Part shown: piece after piece, positions 8,644 to 18,691 of the stretch
Layout: every line of letters starts with the position of its first letter
How positions within the stretch are numbered: the first letter of the stretch is position 1
Assembly (NCBI GenBank): GCA_040772485.1
Contig: JAXGYC010000008.1
Coordinates: 64,001 to 128,000, forward strand
Direction of reading: 5' to 3'
From: Sedimentisphaerales bacterium
Lineage (GTDB): Bacteria > Planctomycetota > Phycisphaerae > Sedimentisphaerales > Anaerobacaceae
Length of the DNA: 64,000 nucleotides
Notes under the pieces: generated by a model
Told to the model about the DNA's origin: nothing
The model's database searches: none
Seen by the model: only the letters and a program-made list of their open reading frames with translations
Translations under genes and position numbers: made by a program

Positions 8644-9711
8644 CTACGCCGGCTCGAAATCGCGCCGGCGCCCGAGGAATCCGGCGAAAGCACAAATCGT
8701 ATCGAGATTGTAGCCGGGTTCCAGATGATAGACAAACTCCAGATCGCCGCCGGCGTTGTCGGCCAGCACCTTCTGCGCCCACTCCAGTATCGGCGCCGCG
8801 GTTTCGCAGGACATGTCGGCGGGCAACGGTGCGATGCTGATCGGCATCTGCGATCCGAAGACCTGCCGGACCTTGCTCAGCGAGGTCGTGCCGCCGAGGT
8901 CCAGTGAGCCGAGGTTCTCGATGCGGCAGAACGCGTCGAGAAGATGCGTGCTGGGCCCGCACGAATGCAATCGAACGGGTCCCAGCGCCCGGCCGATCTC
9001 GGACGTCAGCGGCGCCACAAATTCTTCCACCATCGCCGGACCGATCATGCAGCCGGAGCACTCGCCCACGTGGACATCCGTCATGGGCAGATTGGCAGCC
9101 TGAGCGAAATGCCGACAGAGTACGATATACGCCTCGGCGATCCATTGCATAATCTGCCTGCATCGAGATGGCTGTGTCATCATGTCGAGGAACACGGACT
9201 CGCCGCAGAGCTTCTGCGCCGTGGTCAGCACGCCATGGATGGCCGCCCGGCCGGAAGCATCCCAGAAGAACGGCGGGATCGGCCGAAGCGATGGCTCTCG
9301 TCTGCTTTGAATCTCTGCAATCTGCTCGTCGAATTGCCTGACCAGATCGTGCGCCAGCAGGCTCTCCGGGGCCGGAAGCTCGGCCGGCTCGCGGGCGGCC
9401 CAGCATGCCGGCGTAATGTCAGCGTCCATGTCGTCGGCGGGCAGGAACTGGGCCCCCAGGAGCATGCCGAGGATCATGTTGGGCTGGATGCCGCCGATCT
9501 GGACCTGTCCAGGGTCCCAGTAGCGTTGACGACCCAGATTGGATTCCGAGTAGAACAGCCGCAATCCGGCAGACACGCCGGCGGCGTACTCGTTGCATTG
9601 GCAGTCGATCGCATGACGGCGATCCGGGTCGAAGTAATAGTCATAGTCGAACGCCACGCCCAGCGCCCGGTGCATCCACGCCTTCGAGACTGTGCCGGAC
9701 AGGGTGATCAT
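8644..9711 (-). CDS. Uroporphyrinogen decarboxylase / MtaA-CmuA methyltransferase superfamily protein
   Basis: About 355 aa; LTTAQKLCGESVFLDM, MIGPAMVEEFVAP, RLHSCG. Confidence 0.65.
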   Translation of the reverse strand: MITLSGTVSKAWMHRALGVAFDYDYYFDPDRRHAIDCQCNEYAAGVSAGLRLFYSESNLGRQRYWDPGQVQIGGIQPNMILGMLLGAQFLPADDMDADITPACWAAREPAELPAPESLLAHDLVRQFDEQIAEIQSRREPSLRPIPPFFWDASGRAAIHGVLTTAQKLCGESVFLDMMTQPSRCRQIMQWIAEAYIVLCRHFAQAANLPMTDVHVGECSGCMIGPAMVEEFVAPLTSEIGRALGPVRLHSCGPSTHLLDAFCRIENLGSLDLGGTTSLSKVRQVFGSQMPISIAPLPADMSCETAAPILEWAQKVLADNAGGDLEFVYHLEPGYNLDTICAFAGFLGRRRDFEPA

Positions 9712-9744
9712 CTTTGCCCTCGAATGTCCGAGTGACGACCGGGG

Positions 9745-11082
9745 TCACGCCTTCATGTCCAAAGCGAAATAGGGTTTTCGCGTCTGCCACCGGCCCCGTG
9801 TGAAGTCGGGCACCTTCACCGGCGCGCTGCCCTGGGCAATCGAGACCTCCGACAGCGGACCGTGGACGCACATGAGAACCGAGTCGTAGACATCCAGAGG
9901 GGTCTGCGTCCGGTCTTTGACCGCCTGCACGAACAGCCGCAGCTCGCGCACGTCCGTACCTCCGTGGCCGCCGAGCTCCGGCTCCTTGGTCCACGCGTGG
10001 CGGTACCGCTCATGGTAGGGACCGAACGGCTCCCACTGATGGTACTCGGGGCTTGTGCCCTTGAGGTAGACGGCGTCTCTCTGCTCGTTGTACAGGCCGC
10101 GGGTGCCCTGGATCAGCCAGCGATTGTCGTACGGGCGGGGCAACTGCATATCGTAGTTGATGATGATGGTCTTGCCCTTCTTCGTCCGCACGGTGGTCGT
10201 GACGATATCGCCCTGGGCGAACTTGCGTTTGGCGTTGGGATGGTCCGGGCTGAATCGGGTCGCGAAGTATTCATTGATCCCGACCGAATCCGTGGCCGTC
10301 GAGGTAAGGTAATCGAAGTAATCGCCGCAGTTGATGTCCATCCAACTGATGACCGGTCCCAACTGGTGGCTGGGGTATTGGTCGCGATTGTGCTCGACGA
10401 GATACTTGGCCGACCAGCGGTCGTTGCCGGTCTGGCTGTCGAAGAACCAATGGTCGATGCAGTCGTGGGAGTGGGCGCAGTGGCAGTGAATGATCTGACC
10501 CAGCAGACCCAGACGGATCATGTTCAGCACGGCCAGGTTGTCGCTGCGCATGCTCCAGTTTTCGAGCATCATGCAGGGCACGCCTGTCTGCTCGTGCGTA
10601 TCGACCAGTTGCCAGCATTCCTCCAGGGTGTAGGCCGCCGGCACCTCCACCGCGGCGTACTTGCCCATCCGCATGGCGTGGACTGCCATGGGCGTGTGCC
10701 ATTCCCAGTAGGTGGCGATGACGACGGCGTCCAGGTCGTCGCGTTCCACGAGTTTTTTCCAGACGTCTTCGTCGCCCGCGTACACTTCCGGCCGGGAGAA
10801 GCCCGCCTGCACGACGCGGGCCTGGGCCGCCTCGGCCCGCTCGCGATGGATGTCGCACACGCCGCGAATCTCCACGTCGTCCTTCATCTCGAGAAGGTTG
10901 CCCAGCAGGCTGTTGCCCCGTCCGCCCATGCCCAGGACCGCCAGACGTACCTTCTTCCGTGGTTCGCCCGCCGCCGAGACCGAAGAAACACCGGCCATGA
11001 GCGAAGTGCTTGCGAGCATCGCCCCCAGCCCCAGAGCCCCGTTGGTTTTCAGAAACGTTCGACGAGTTGTCTTGCTTGCCAT
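9745..11082 (-). CDS. Tat-exported Gfo/Idh/MocA oxidoreductase, GH109-like NAD-dependent glycosidase
   Basis: TRRTFLK twin-arginine signal; GMGGRG, ATYWEWH, AVEVPAA, MMLEN, YPSHQLGP, GGHGGTD, PDFTRG. SD GGAG before 11082. Confidence 0.85.
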   Translation of the reverse strand: MASKTTRRTFLKTNGALGLGAMLASTSLMAGVSSVSAAGEPRKKVRLAVLGMGGRGNSLLGNLLEMKDDVEIRGVCDIHRERAEAAQARVVQAGFSRPEVYAGDEDVWKKLVERDDLDAVVIATYWEWHTPMAVHAMRMGKYAAVEVPAAYTLEECWQLVDTHEQTGVPCMMLENWSMRSDNLAVLNMIRLGLLGQIIHCHCAHSHDCIDHWFFDSQTGNDRWSAKYLVEHNRDQYPSHQLGPVISWMDINCGDYFDYLTSTATDSVGINEYFATRFSPDHPNAKRKFAQGDIVTTTVRTKKGKTIIINYDMQLPRPYDNRWLIQGTRGLYNEQRDAVYLKGTSPEYHQWEPFGPYHERYRHAWTKEPELGGHGGTDVRELRLFVQAVKDRTQTPLDVYDSVLMCVHGPLSEVSIAQGSAPVKVPDFTRGRWQTRKPYFALDMKA

Positions 11083-11117
11083 GGTCGTGTCTCCACAAGT
11101 TCTTCGCTCGCTGCGGT

Positions 11118-12182
11118 TCAGATGATGCCGAGTTCGCTGATTTTCACGGGTCTTCCCGATTCGGCGGAAAGGTCGGCGGCAAAGCACACCGCCAGGGTCA
11201 TCGCGGCGTCGTCCAGGTCCGGAAAGGGCCGCCGGTCGCCAAGGATGCAGTCGAGAAAATGCGAGACCTCGCCCCGGAAGGGATGATGGGCGACGTCGCC
11301 GCTGTCGGGCAGCACGCAGGGAATCCTCATGAAGTTGTTCTGGCCCGGGAACGATTTCGGCGCAAAGACCTCGTCGTTGCGAACAGCCCCTTCGGTGCCG
11401 TAGACGCCGATGTTGAACCGGTACGGCATCTGCGCATCAAAGGTGGTGATTGTGCGACCGATCTTGCCGTCGGCGAAGCGGACGTTCACGGAGATCGTTC
11501 CGGGGTATTCGATCGGGTTTTCGGTTCGCACCTGATAGGCCGAGACCTCTTCCGCCTCGCTGCGGGCGAACCATCGCAGGGCATCGACGGCGTGACAGCC
11601 GCCGGTCAGAATGGCGGTACCGCTGTGCCGGCGGCTGCCCAGCCATTTCTCCCGGGGCGTCATCCAGATCCGGTGCATGTAATCGACCTCGACGAGAAAG
11701 ACGTTTCCGAACGCGCCCTCTTCGATCAGGCGGTCTATCGTCATCAGCAGCGGATTCCAGTGCAGCACGAAACCCACGAGCGACTTGACCTTGTTCGCCC
11801 GGACGGCCTGCAATTGCCTGTTCAGGTCTTCCACCGTCAGGGCAGGCGGCTTCTCAACGATCACGTGCTTGCCCGCCTCGGCCGCCGCCACCACAAACGG
11901 CGTGTGCGCATCGTGGGGCGTCGAAACCACTACGATGTCGATGTCTCTTCTGCTGAGCATCGCCGTCGCATTCGTTTCGATCGCGCAATCGAGATGGTAC
12001 GCATCCCGATAGCGCTGCGCGTTGGCCGGATGGCGACTGACCAGCCCGCGAATCTCCGCCCGCGGGTCTTCGTGAAAGGCCTTGACGTACTCCCCTGCAA
12101 CCCAGCCACAACCGATGACTCCCACGCCCAATGTGCCCATGTCTCGGCCCCTTCTGTGCTTGCCTTGAAACTCGTTCCTCAT
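11118..12182 (-). CDS. Gfo/Idh/MocA family oxidoreductase
   Basis: GVIGCG, STPHDAH, GKHVIVEKP, GCHAVD. The start at 12182 overlaps the upstream stop (ATGA); 12140 is an alternative start. Confidence 0.85.
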   Translation of the reverse strand: MRNEFQGKHRRGRDMGTLGVGVIGCGWVAGEYVKAFHEDPRAEIRGLVSRHPANAQRYRDAYHLDCAIETNATAMLSRRDIDIVVVSTPHDAHTPFVVAAAEAGKHVIVEKPPALTVEDLNRQLQAVRANKVKSLVGFVLHWNPLLMTIDRLIEEGAFGNVFLVEVDYMHRIWMTPREKWLGSRRHSGTAILTGGCHAVDALRWFARSEAEEVSAYQVRTENPIEYPGTISVNVRFADGKIGRTITTFDAQMPYRFNIGVYGTEGAVRNDEVFAPKSFPGQNNFMRIPCVLPDSGDVAHHPFRGEVSHFLDCILGDRRPFPDLDDAAMTLAVCFAADLSAESGRPVKISELGII

Positions 12183-13237
12183 GCATAGAAACCCGCATAG
12201 CGTTCCATGGCATCCATCACTGCCCTGACGTTCTCCACCGGCACGCCCGGATACAGGCCATAGATCATCATCAGGCCGCCGTCGTGGCTGCCCAGCGCCT
12301 CGACTTCGCTGCGAATGAGGGCATCGATCCGGCCGGGAGACGCGAATGGGGTGATCTGCTGGCGGTCAATGTCGAGATCGATGCACACGCGGCCTTTCAG
12401 ATGCGCTGCGATCCAGTCCAGGCCGTTGACCAGGTCCTGGAGGTTGAGCGCGTCGACCCCGCTGGCGAGCATATCCTCCACCAGGTCGCGAATGTCGCCG
12501 TCCGAGTGCATGTGGACCAAGCAGTTCGCTTCGCGCGCCGGCGCCATGAGGCGCTCATAGACCGGCCGGATGTGTTTACGAAATAAAGCCGGCGACAGCA
12601 TGGGCCCTTTTTGCATGCCCAGATCCTCCGGGTAGCACATCATCACGGCACCCAGGTCCAGATACCGTTCGACAAGGCCCAGATTGAACGCCTCGACCAT
12701 ATCGATCAGGCCGTTGAGCCGCACGTCACCATCGGCCATGTCCAACAGCAGGTTCTCGTAACCGCGCAGATAGCCGAGACGCTGAAAGGTGTGGCCATGC
12801 TCCAGACTGGCGCTCCAGGGTAATCCCGCTCTTGCAGCTTGTTCGGCTCGATGGCGTTCCGCCGCCCAGTCGATCTCGGTCATGGCATTGGTGCGCGCCG
12901 GGTCCGGCGGGACGAAGCTCGCCAGGTCGGCCCAGTCAGCCAACGGGTGGCGTGTCACGGTGCCTGTGATGCCGTCGTCGGCCGTCTGCCAGACGCAACC
13001 CCAGGCGTCCGTATAAGGCACACCCGCCCGCTCCCACGGCGCCGGTTCGGTAATCGCGGCCCGGTCGGGAACAAAACCGGGGAATAGCAACGGGTGGTCG
13101 GCCATTAGTTCGAACAGGACCTCCGGGCAGTAGTGATGCCAGCAGGCGGGATTGATCCAGAACACCATAGGGATGTGGTCCGGCCGCTCAAAGCGGATCG
13201 CCCGCAGCGTGTTCTGCGTGATGGTCTCCATGGGCAT
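12179..13237 (-). CDS. Uroporphyrinogen decarboxylase / methyltransferase superfamily protein
   Basis: DAWGCVW, LRGYENLLLDM, EDLGMQKGPMLSP, HMHSDG, PGVPVENV. Confidence 0.8.
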   Translation of the reverse strand: MPMETITQNTLRAIRFERPDHIPMVFWINPACWHHYCPEVLFELMADHPLLFPGFVPDRAAITEPAPWERAGVPYTDAWGCVWQTADDGITGTVTRHPLADWADLASFVPPDPARTNAMTEIDWAAERHRAEQAARAGLPWSASLEHGHTFQRLGYLRGYENLLLDMADGDVRLNGLIDMVEAFNLGLVERYLDLGAVMMCYPEDLGMQKGPMLSPALFRKHIRPVYERLMAPAREANCLVHMHSDGDIRDLVEDMLASGVDALNLQDLVNGLDWIAAHLKGRVCIDLDIDRQQITPFASPGRIDALIRSEVEALGSHDGGLMMIYGLYPGVPVENVRAVMDAMERYAGFYA

Positions 13238-13339
13238 TCATTTCAACGTCCCCGCGTCGAAAGCACAAGAGGTTTCCGGCCTGCCGCGACATCGCCGTGA
13301 AGTGGCCCCAAGGGCTGCCCGAGGCCCGGCTACGGAGGA

Positions 13340-13368
13340 TTGCGGGAGATGACGATCGAGGGTATAAC
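13340..13368 (+). promoter_or_regulatory. Putative sigma70 promoter
   Basis: TTGCGG-N17-TATAAC upstream of the ATG at 13446. Confidence 0.4.
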
Positions 13369-13445
13369 CGGGACCTGTGCATAGCTCTTGATCGCGGACG
13401 CCGCATATTCCGTTACACCCACGTTTCTGGAATAAGGAATGCGAT

Positions 13446-15368
13446 ATGAGAACCTCATCGATTGGCAGATTGTTCCTGTTCGTGGCAGCCATCCTCACCC
13501 CCTTGCATTGCGCGGCCGGGGAAACGCTCGACGGCGCGCTTTGGCCCAGCGATGCATTGACCAAGGTCTTGCGCTCGGACAGCCCGGAGGTCGGCAGCGA
13601 GAGCGCGATTCGTGTCGCGGCCGCTCGCGCGGAGATCGCAAGCGCGCAGGCCGTGTTTCGGCCGCGCACGAGTCACAGCAGCGTATCCGCCAGGGTGACC
13701 GACCTGCGGCATATTGGCGGGGATGCCGTCATCCCGGCCGCTGCCGTCAGATTGCAGTGGGTGCGATATATAGACGTCAATCGCAACACGGCGGGCATCC
13801 CTGAAGACGAGCTTCAGGTGAAGGCGCCGGCGAGCATTCCGGATGCCTTCTGGGAGGAGCCGCAGATCGCGGTCATGGCCGATCAGGCCCAGCCTCTGTG
13901 GATCGAGATTCACGTGCCCGCTGCGGCAAGGGCGGGCGATTATCGGGGCACCTTGACGGTGACGTCGGCGAATGAATCGATTGAGATGCCCCTTGAATTG
14001 CACGTCTGGGACTTCGAGGTCCCGACCGACCGGCATCTGTCGGTCATAAACTGGTGGAGATTCCCCGGCCCCGGCTTCGAGAACATCGAACCCTATGGGC
14101 AGGAGTACTGGGACTTGCTCGGACGGTTCTGCTCCTTCCTTGTGGAGCATCGACAAACCGATATTCAGACCTCGATTGGGCTGATTCAGGAAACAGGGGA
14201 CAATCAAGGGGGCTATTCGTATGACACCAGCCGTCTTGAGCGTTACGCGGAGGTTGCCTTTCAGGCGGGCATCCGGCAGATCCACCTGCACTCGGTCGGC
14301 ACGCGAACGGCAGAGATCACCGCCCCCGAAAGCCGGATCGAGCCGGTCGAGTCCAATCTGCGCCGATTGGCGGCATGGGAGAAGGTCGTCCTCCAGCGGA
14401 ATTGGCCCAACCGCTTCCTCGTCAGTATCTCGGATGAGCCGTTCATTCACCACGAAGAGAGTTATGCGGCTGTGGTGGACCGGGTGCACGAGATCGCGCC
14501 GCATATCCGTTGTATCGAGGCGGTTGAAGCCGAATACCTCGGCGCGCTGGACGTGTATGTCCCTAAACTCAGTCACCTGAATCTCTGGTATCCACGATTC
14601 CAGCAGGTCCAAAGCACCGGCGCAGAATTGTGGTTCTACACGTGTTGCCATCCCGTGGGGCGCTATCCGAATCGTTTTCTGGATCAATCGTTGCTGAAGG
14701 CCCGCGTGCTTCACTGGATCAACTACCTTTATGACATGGATGGATACCTGCACTGGGGGCTGAATCACTTCGCCGCCGGCGACCCCTATACCCAGGAGGC
14801 GCTCAGCGAGGGATTGCCGCTGGGAGATCGGGCCATCGCGTATCCGGGTACGAGCGGCCTGCTCGGTTCCATGCGATTCAGCGCTATGCGTGACGGCCTG
14901 CAAGACTATGAATACCTCTGGGTTCTTGAAAATGAAATGTCCAGAGTAAAGCAGGAGGTCGGTAAGGAGGCCTTCTGGCTGGACCCACGTCAACGATCCC
15001 TGGAACTGTGTCGTCGGGTGGTGTGGTCCTTCTATGACTACACGAGGAACCCGGAGGTAATGCTCGACACCCGCGAGGCCGTCGCCCGCGAGATCGAGCA
15101 ACTCACGAGCGAACCTCTGCTGGTGGTCCAGACCTCGCCACCCGAAGGCACCGTCGTGCCGGCCGGACCACGAAACATCGGCGTTCGCGGTCTGGTGCCT
15201 GCCGGCGCAACGGTCACGCTCAACGGCAGGCCTGTCACGAACGTCCGGCCGAGCGGGTACTTCCTCCAGGCCCATTTCATGTCGGCCAGCAATCCCACGA
15301 TTACAGTCACCGTCGAACACAACGGCAAGAAACGCACCGCCGAACGCGTGTTCACGCTGGCGGACTGA
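13446..15368 (+). CDS. Secreted DUF4091-domain putative glycoside hydrolase (GH123-like)
   Basis: Signal peptide; SDEP, WFYTCC, GYLHW, AYPG, SMRFSAMRDGLQDYEYL (DUF4091 signature). Confidence 0.8.
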   Translation: MRTSSIGRLFLFVAAILTPLHCAAGETLDGALWPSDALTKVLRSDSPEVGSESAIRVAAARAEIASAQAVFRPRTSHSSVSARVTDLRHIGGDAVIPAAAVRLQWVRYIDVNRNTAGIPEDELQVKAPASIPDAFWEEPQIAVMADQAQPLWIEIHVPAAARAGDYRGTLTVTSANESIEMPLELHVWDFEVPTDRHLSVINWWRFPGPGFENIEPYGQEYWDLLGRFCSFLVEHRQTDIQTSIGLIQETGDNQGGYSYDTSRLERYAEVAFQAGIRQIHLHSVGTRTAEITAPESRIEPVESNLRRLAAWEKVVLQRNWPNRFLVSISDEPFIHHEESYAAVVDRVHEIAPHIRCIEAVEAEYLGALDVYVPKLSHLNLWYPRFQQVQSTGAELWFYTCCHPVGRYPNRFLDQSLLKARVLHWINYLYDMDGYLHWGLNHFAAGDPYTQEALSEGLPLGDRAIAYPGTSGLLGSMRFSAMRDGLQDYEYLWVLENEMSRVKQEVGKEAFWLDPRQRSLELCRRVVWSFYDYTRNPEVMLDTREAVAREIEQLTSEPLLVVQTSPPEGTVVPAGPRNIGVRGLVPAGATVTLNGRPVTNVRPSGYFLQAHFMSASNPTITVTVEHNGKKRTAERVFTLAD

Positions 15369-15528
15369 TTTGGGTTGGAGCTGCCACGCCCGCAGGAACC
15401 GGGGGATCGCATGGAATCGAGGAGTCTGAGGCTTGCCCCTTGTCTCTCGGGCGGCCGGCCGGTACGATCTGTGGGCCTCTATATTCCGGATTACGACAAA
15501 AGGTCTCGATTTTGAAGGTGCGACTGAC

Positions 15529-17394
15529 ATGGACTTACCCTTTCTGGATTTGGGCATCATCGCCGCGTACCTGGTCGTCACCATTCTGCTGGGCCTGTGG
15601 GTGTCGAAACGCGCCTCCCGGGACCTGGACTCCTACTTCCTGGGCGGCAAGACCATTCCGTGGTACATCCTGGGCATCTCGAACGCCTCCGGCCAGTTCG
15701 ACATTACCGGGACCATGCTGCTGGTCTACTGGTGCTTCGCCTACGGGCTCAAGAGCGTCTGGTTCCCCTGGGTCTGGCCCACGTTCAACCAGATCTTCCT
15801 GATGATGTATCTGGCCACGTGGCTGCGGCGTTCCAACGTCCTGACCGGGGCCGAGTGGATTCAGACCCGCTTCGGCCGGGGACGCGGGGCTAACCTGGCC
15901 CACATCAGCGTGGTCGTTTTCGCGTTGATCACCGTGATCGGTTTCGTCGCGTACGCGTTCAAGGGAATCGGGAAATTCGCCGACATTCTGCTTCCATGGA
16001 GCCTGTCCCCGAACACCTACGCGATCATCATCCTTTCGATCACATCCATCTACGTGGTCAAAGGCGGGATGCACAGCGTGGTCCTGACGGAGCTTCTCCA
16101 GTTTACGATCATGACGGTGGTCTCGATCGCCGTCGGCGTCATCGCCATCGTCCACGTCAAGCCGGAGATGATCGACGCGATGGTGCCCGAAGGGTGGCGC
16201 AGTCTGTGGTTTGGATGGACCATGGACATCGAGTGGACCGGCGCATTCGAGATGATCCAGGTCAAGATGGCCGAGGACGGGATGTCCCTCTTCTCGATCT
16301 TCTTCGGCTTGATGGTGTTCAAAGGGATTCTGGCAAGCATGGCCGGGCCTTCACCGAACTACGATATGCAGCGGGTCCTGGCGGCGCGCAATCAGCGTGA
16401 AGCATCCCTCATGAGCGCGACCGTGAACGTGGCACTGTATTTCCCCCGTTACATGCTGATCGCTGGCTTGACCGTCCTGGCCCTGGCCCCGCTGAAGGAC
16501 ACACTGGTTCAGATGTGGAACGCCGCGGTGCAGGCCGGCGAAAAGCCGGACTTCGAGCAGATCCTGCCCGTGGTGATTCAGAACCCGGTCATCCCCACCG
16601 GCCTGACGGGATTGCTGCTGGCCGGTCTGTTGGCAGCGTTCATGTCCACATTCGCGGCGACGGTCAACGCCGGTCCTGCCTACGTGGTCAACGATATCTA
16701 CAAGCGGTTCATCAATCCCAAGGCGCCGAACAGGACCCAGGTCCGACTGAGCTATGTCGTCTCGATCATCGTAGTGGGCATTGGCATCGCATTCGGGTTT
16801 CAAGCGGAGAATATCCACAAGATAACGATGTGGATCGTCGGCGGGCTATATGGCGGCTACGTCGCGGCCAACGTGCTCAAATGGCATTGGTGGCGATTCA
16901 ATGGCTACGGCTTCTTCTGGGGTCTGATCATCGGCATTGCCGGTGCCCTGTTCGTGCCGTCCCTGGTCCAGCGGTGGTGGCCCGGAACCAACACCTTGTA
17001 TACCTTCCCGCCGATCTTCGTCCTGTCCGTTGTGGGATCACTGCTCGGGACGTTCTTGAGCAAACCCGAGGACGATGAGGTGCTCAAAAGGTTCTACCGC
17101 ACGGTCCGCCCCTGGGGCTTCTGGGGCCCGATCCGCGCGAAGGTCGTGGCCGAAGATCCGAATTTCCGCCCCAACGAGGACTTCCGGCGGGACATGTTCA
17201 ACATCGTCATCGGCACCATCTGGCAGACGACCCTGGTGGTCCTGCCGATCTGTCTGGTCATTCGGGAATCGAAGGGCATCGTCGGTGCCCTGGTCGTTCT
17301 CGTCGTGACCAGCGTCGTGTTGAAGAAGAGCTGGTACGACCATCTGCCGCCCGCCGACGCGGATACGAAGGCCAAAGACCAAGTGGTTTCGTAG
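15529..17394 (+). CDS. Sodium:solute symporter family transporter
   Basis: YFLGGK, SNASGQFDITGT, DMQRVL, LAAFMST; many transmembrane segments. Confidence 0.9.
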   Translation: MDLPFLDLGIIAAYLVVTILLGLWVSKRASRDLDSYFLGGKTIPWYILGISNASGQFDITGTMLLVYWCFAYGLKSVWFPWVWPTFNQIFLMMYLATWLRRSNVLTGAEWIQTRFGRGRGANLAHISVVVFALITVIGFVAYAFKGIGKFADILLPWSLSPNTYAIIILSITSIYVVKGGMHSVVLTELLQFTIMTVVSIAVGVIAIVHVKPEMIDAMVPEGWRSLWFGWTMDIEWTGAFEMIQVKMAEDGMSLFSIFFGLMVFKGILASMAGPSPNYDMQRVLAARNQREASLMSATVNVALYFPRYMLIAGLTVLALAPLKDTLVQMWNAAVQAGEKPDFEQILPVVIQNPVIPTGLTGLLLAGLLAAFMSTFAATVNAGPAYVVNDIYKRFINPKAPNRTQVRLSYVVSIIVVGIGIAFGFQAENIHKITMWIVGGLYGGYVAANVLKWHWWRFNGYGFFWGLIIGIAGALFVPSLVQRWWPGTNTLYTFPPIFVLSVVGSLLGTFLSKPEDDEVLKRFYRTVRPWGFWGPIRAKVVAEDPNFRPNEDFRRDMFNIVIGTIWQTTLVVLPICLVIRESKGIVGALVVLVVTSVVLKKSWYDHLPPADADTKAKDQVVS

Positions 17395-17415
17395 GATGGG
17401 CTTCAGCCCATGCGG
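17391..17415 (+). repeat. GTAG-type REP element, family A (single copy)
   Basis: GTAGGATGGGCTTCAGCCCATGCGG; matches the copies at 26389 and 34256. Its TAG is the stop codon of the SSS gene. Confidence 0.85.
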
Positions 17416-17450
17416 CTCCCCGTGTTCTGATTCCGAAGGAGACATTGGCT

Positions 17451-18656
17451 ATGGATACGCAGGCATTCGAGAGGCGATACAAGGAGCTTGTGGATGCCCA
17501 CGAAGCCCTGATCGTTCGCAAGAACCAGAAGCAAACGCCGGGCAACGGAGTGTTCGATCGCTACGTGTACCCGGTGCTCACTGCCGATCACACGCCGCTG
17601 TTCTGGCGCTACGATTTCGATCCGGCTGCGAACCCCTATCTGATGGAACGGATGGGCATCAACAGCGTCTTCAACGCCGGCGCGATCGAGTGGGAGGGAA
17701 AGTGCTGCGTCGTCGCCCGGGTGGAGAGCTATCATCGCAAGTCGTTCTTCGCCGTCACCGAGAGCGCCAACGGGATCGACAACTTCCACTTCTGGGACCG
17801 TCCGATTGTGATGCCGGAGGCGTCCGAGGAGGAGATGAACGTCTACGACATCCGGCTGACGCGCCACGAGGATGGCTGGATCTACGGGACGTTCTGTGCC
17901 GAGCGTCACGACCCCGCGCAGCCGGACAATCCGCCCGCCGCCCTGGCCAGGGCCGGGATCGCTCGCACCAGGGATCTGAAGACGTGGGAGCGATTGCCTG
18001 ATTTGAAGACCCCGTCGGCCCAGCAGCGCAATTACGTCCTGCACCCGGAGTTTGTCGACGGCAAGTACGCCTTCTACACCCGGCCGATGCGCGAATTCAA
18101 GGCCGCCGGGTGCAGCACCGGAATCGGCTGGGCCCTCTGCGACGATGTCACGAATGCTGTCATCGAAGATGAGTCGCTGATTATGGACCCGTGCCGCTAC
18201 CACACCATCGTCGAGGGCAAGAACGGCCAGGGCCCGCCGCCGTTGAAGACGGACAAGGGGTGGCTGCACCTCGCCCACGGCGTGTGGGAAAACGCCGACG
18301 GGCTGCGGTACGTTCTGTACATGTTCCTGTCCGACCTTCACGAGCCGTGGCGGATCACGCATCGGCCGGCAGGTTATTTCATGGCGCCGCGCGGCATCGA
18401 GCGCGTCGGCGATGTCTCCGACGTCCTGTTCGCCAACGGCTGGATCGCCCGGGACAATGGCGACGTGTTCATCTACTACGGCTCCTCGGACACGCGCGTT
18501 CACGTCGTGACCAGCACGATCGACCGGCTGCTGGACTACGTCCTCCACACGCCGCCCGACGGCGGCCGGGCCTTCGCGTGTGTGCGGCAGCGCTGCGAGC
18601 TGATCGAGAAGAACCTCGCCAATCCCCGCTGCAAGGCGATGGCCATGAAGTCCTGA
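17451..18656 (+). CDS. GH130 beta-mannoside phosphorylase (mannosyl-glucose phosphorylase-like)
   Basis: NPYLMERMGINSVFNAGAI, RKSFFAV, NVYDIRL, QQRN, YTRP, KNGQGP, ERVGDVS, IYYGSSDTR. SD AGGAG. Confidence 0.9.
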   Translation: MDTQAFERRYKELVDAHEALIVRKNQKQTPGNGVFDRYVYPVLTADHTPLFWRYDFDPAANPYLMERMGINSVFNAGAIEWEGKCCVVARVESYHRKSFFAVTESANGIDNFHFWDRPIVMPEASEEEMNVYDIRLTRHEDGWIYGTFCAERHDPAQPDNPPAALARAGIARTRDLKTWERLPDLKTPSAQQRNYVLHPEFVDGKYAFYTRPMREFKAAGCSTGIGWALCDDVTNAVIEDESLIMDPCRYHTIVEGKNGQGPPPLKTDKGWLHLAHGVWENADGLRYVLYMFLSDLHEPWRITHRPAGYFMAPRGIERVGDVSDVLFANGWIARDNGDVFIYYGSSDTRVHVVTSTIDRLLDYVLHTPPDGGRAFACVRQRCELIEKNLANPRCKAMAMKS

Positions 18657-18691
18657 GGAACGGGCAGATTTCTGGAATGAGGTGACGTCCG

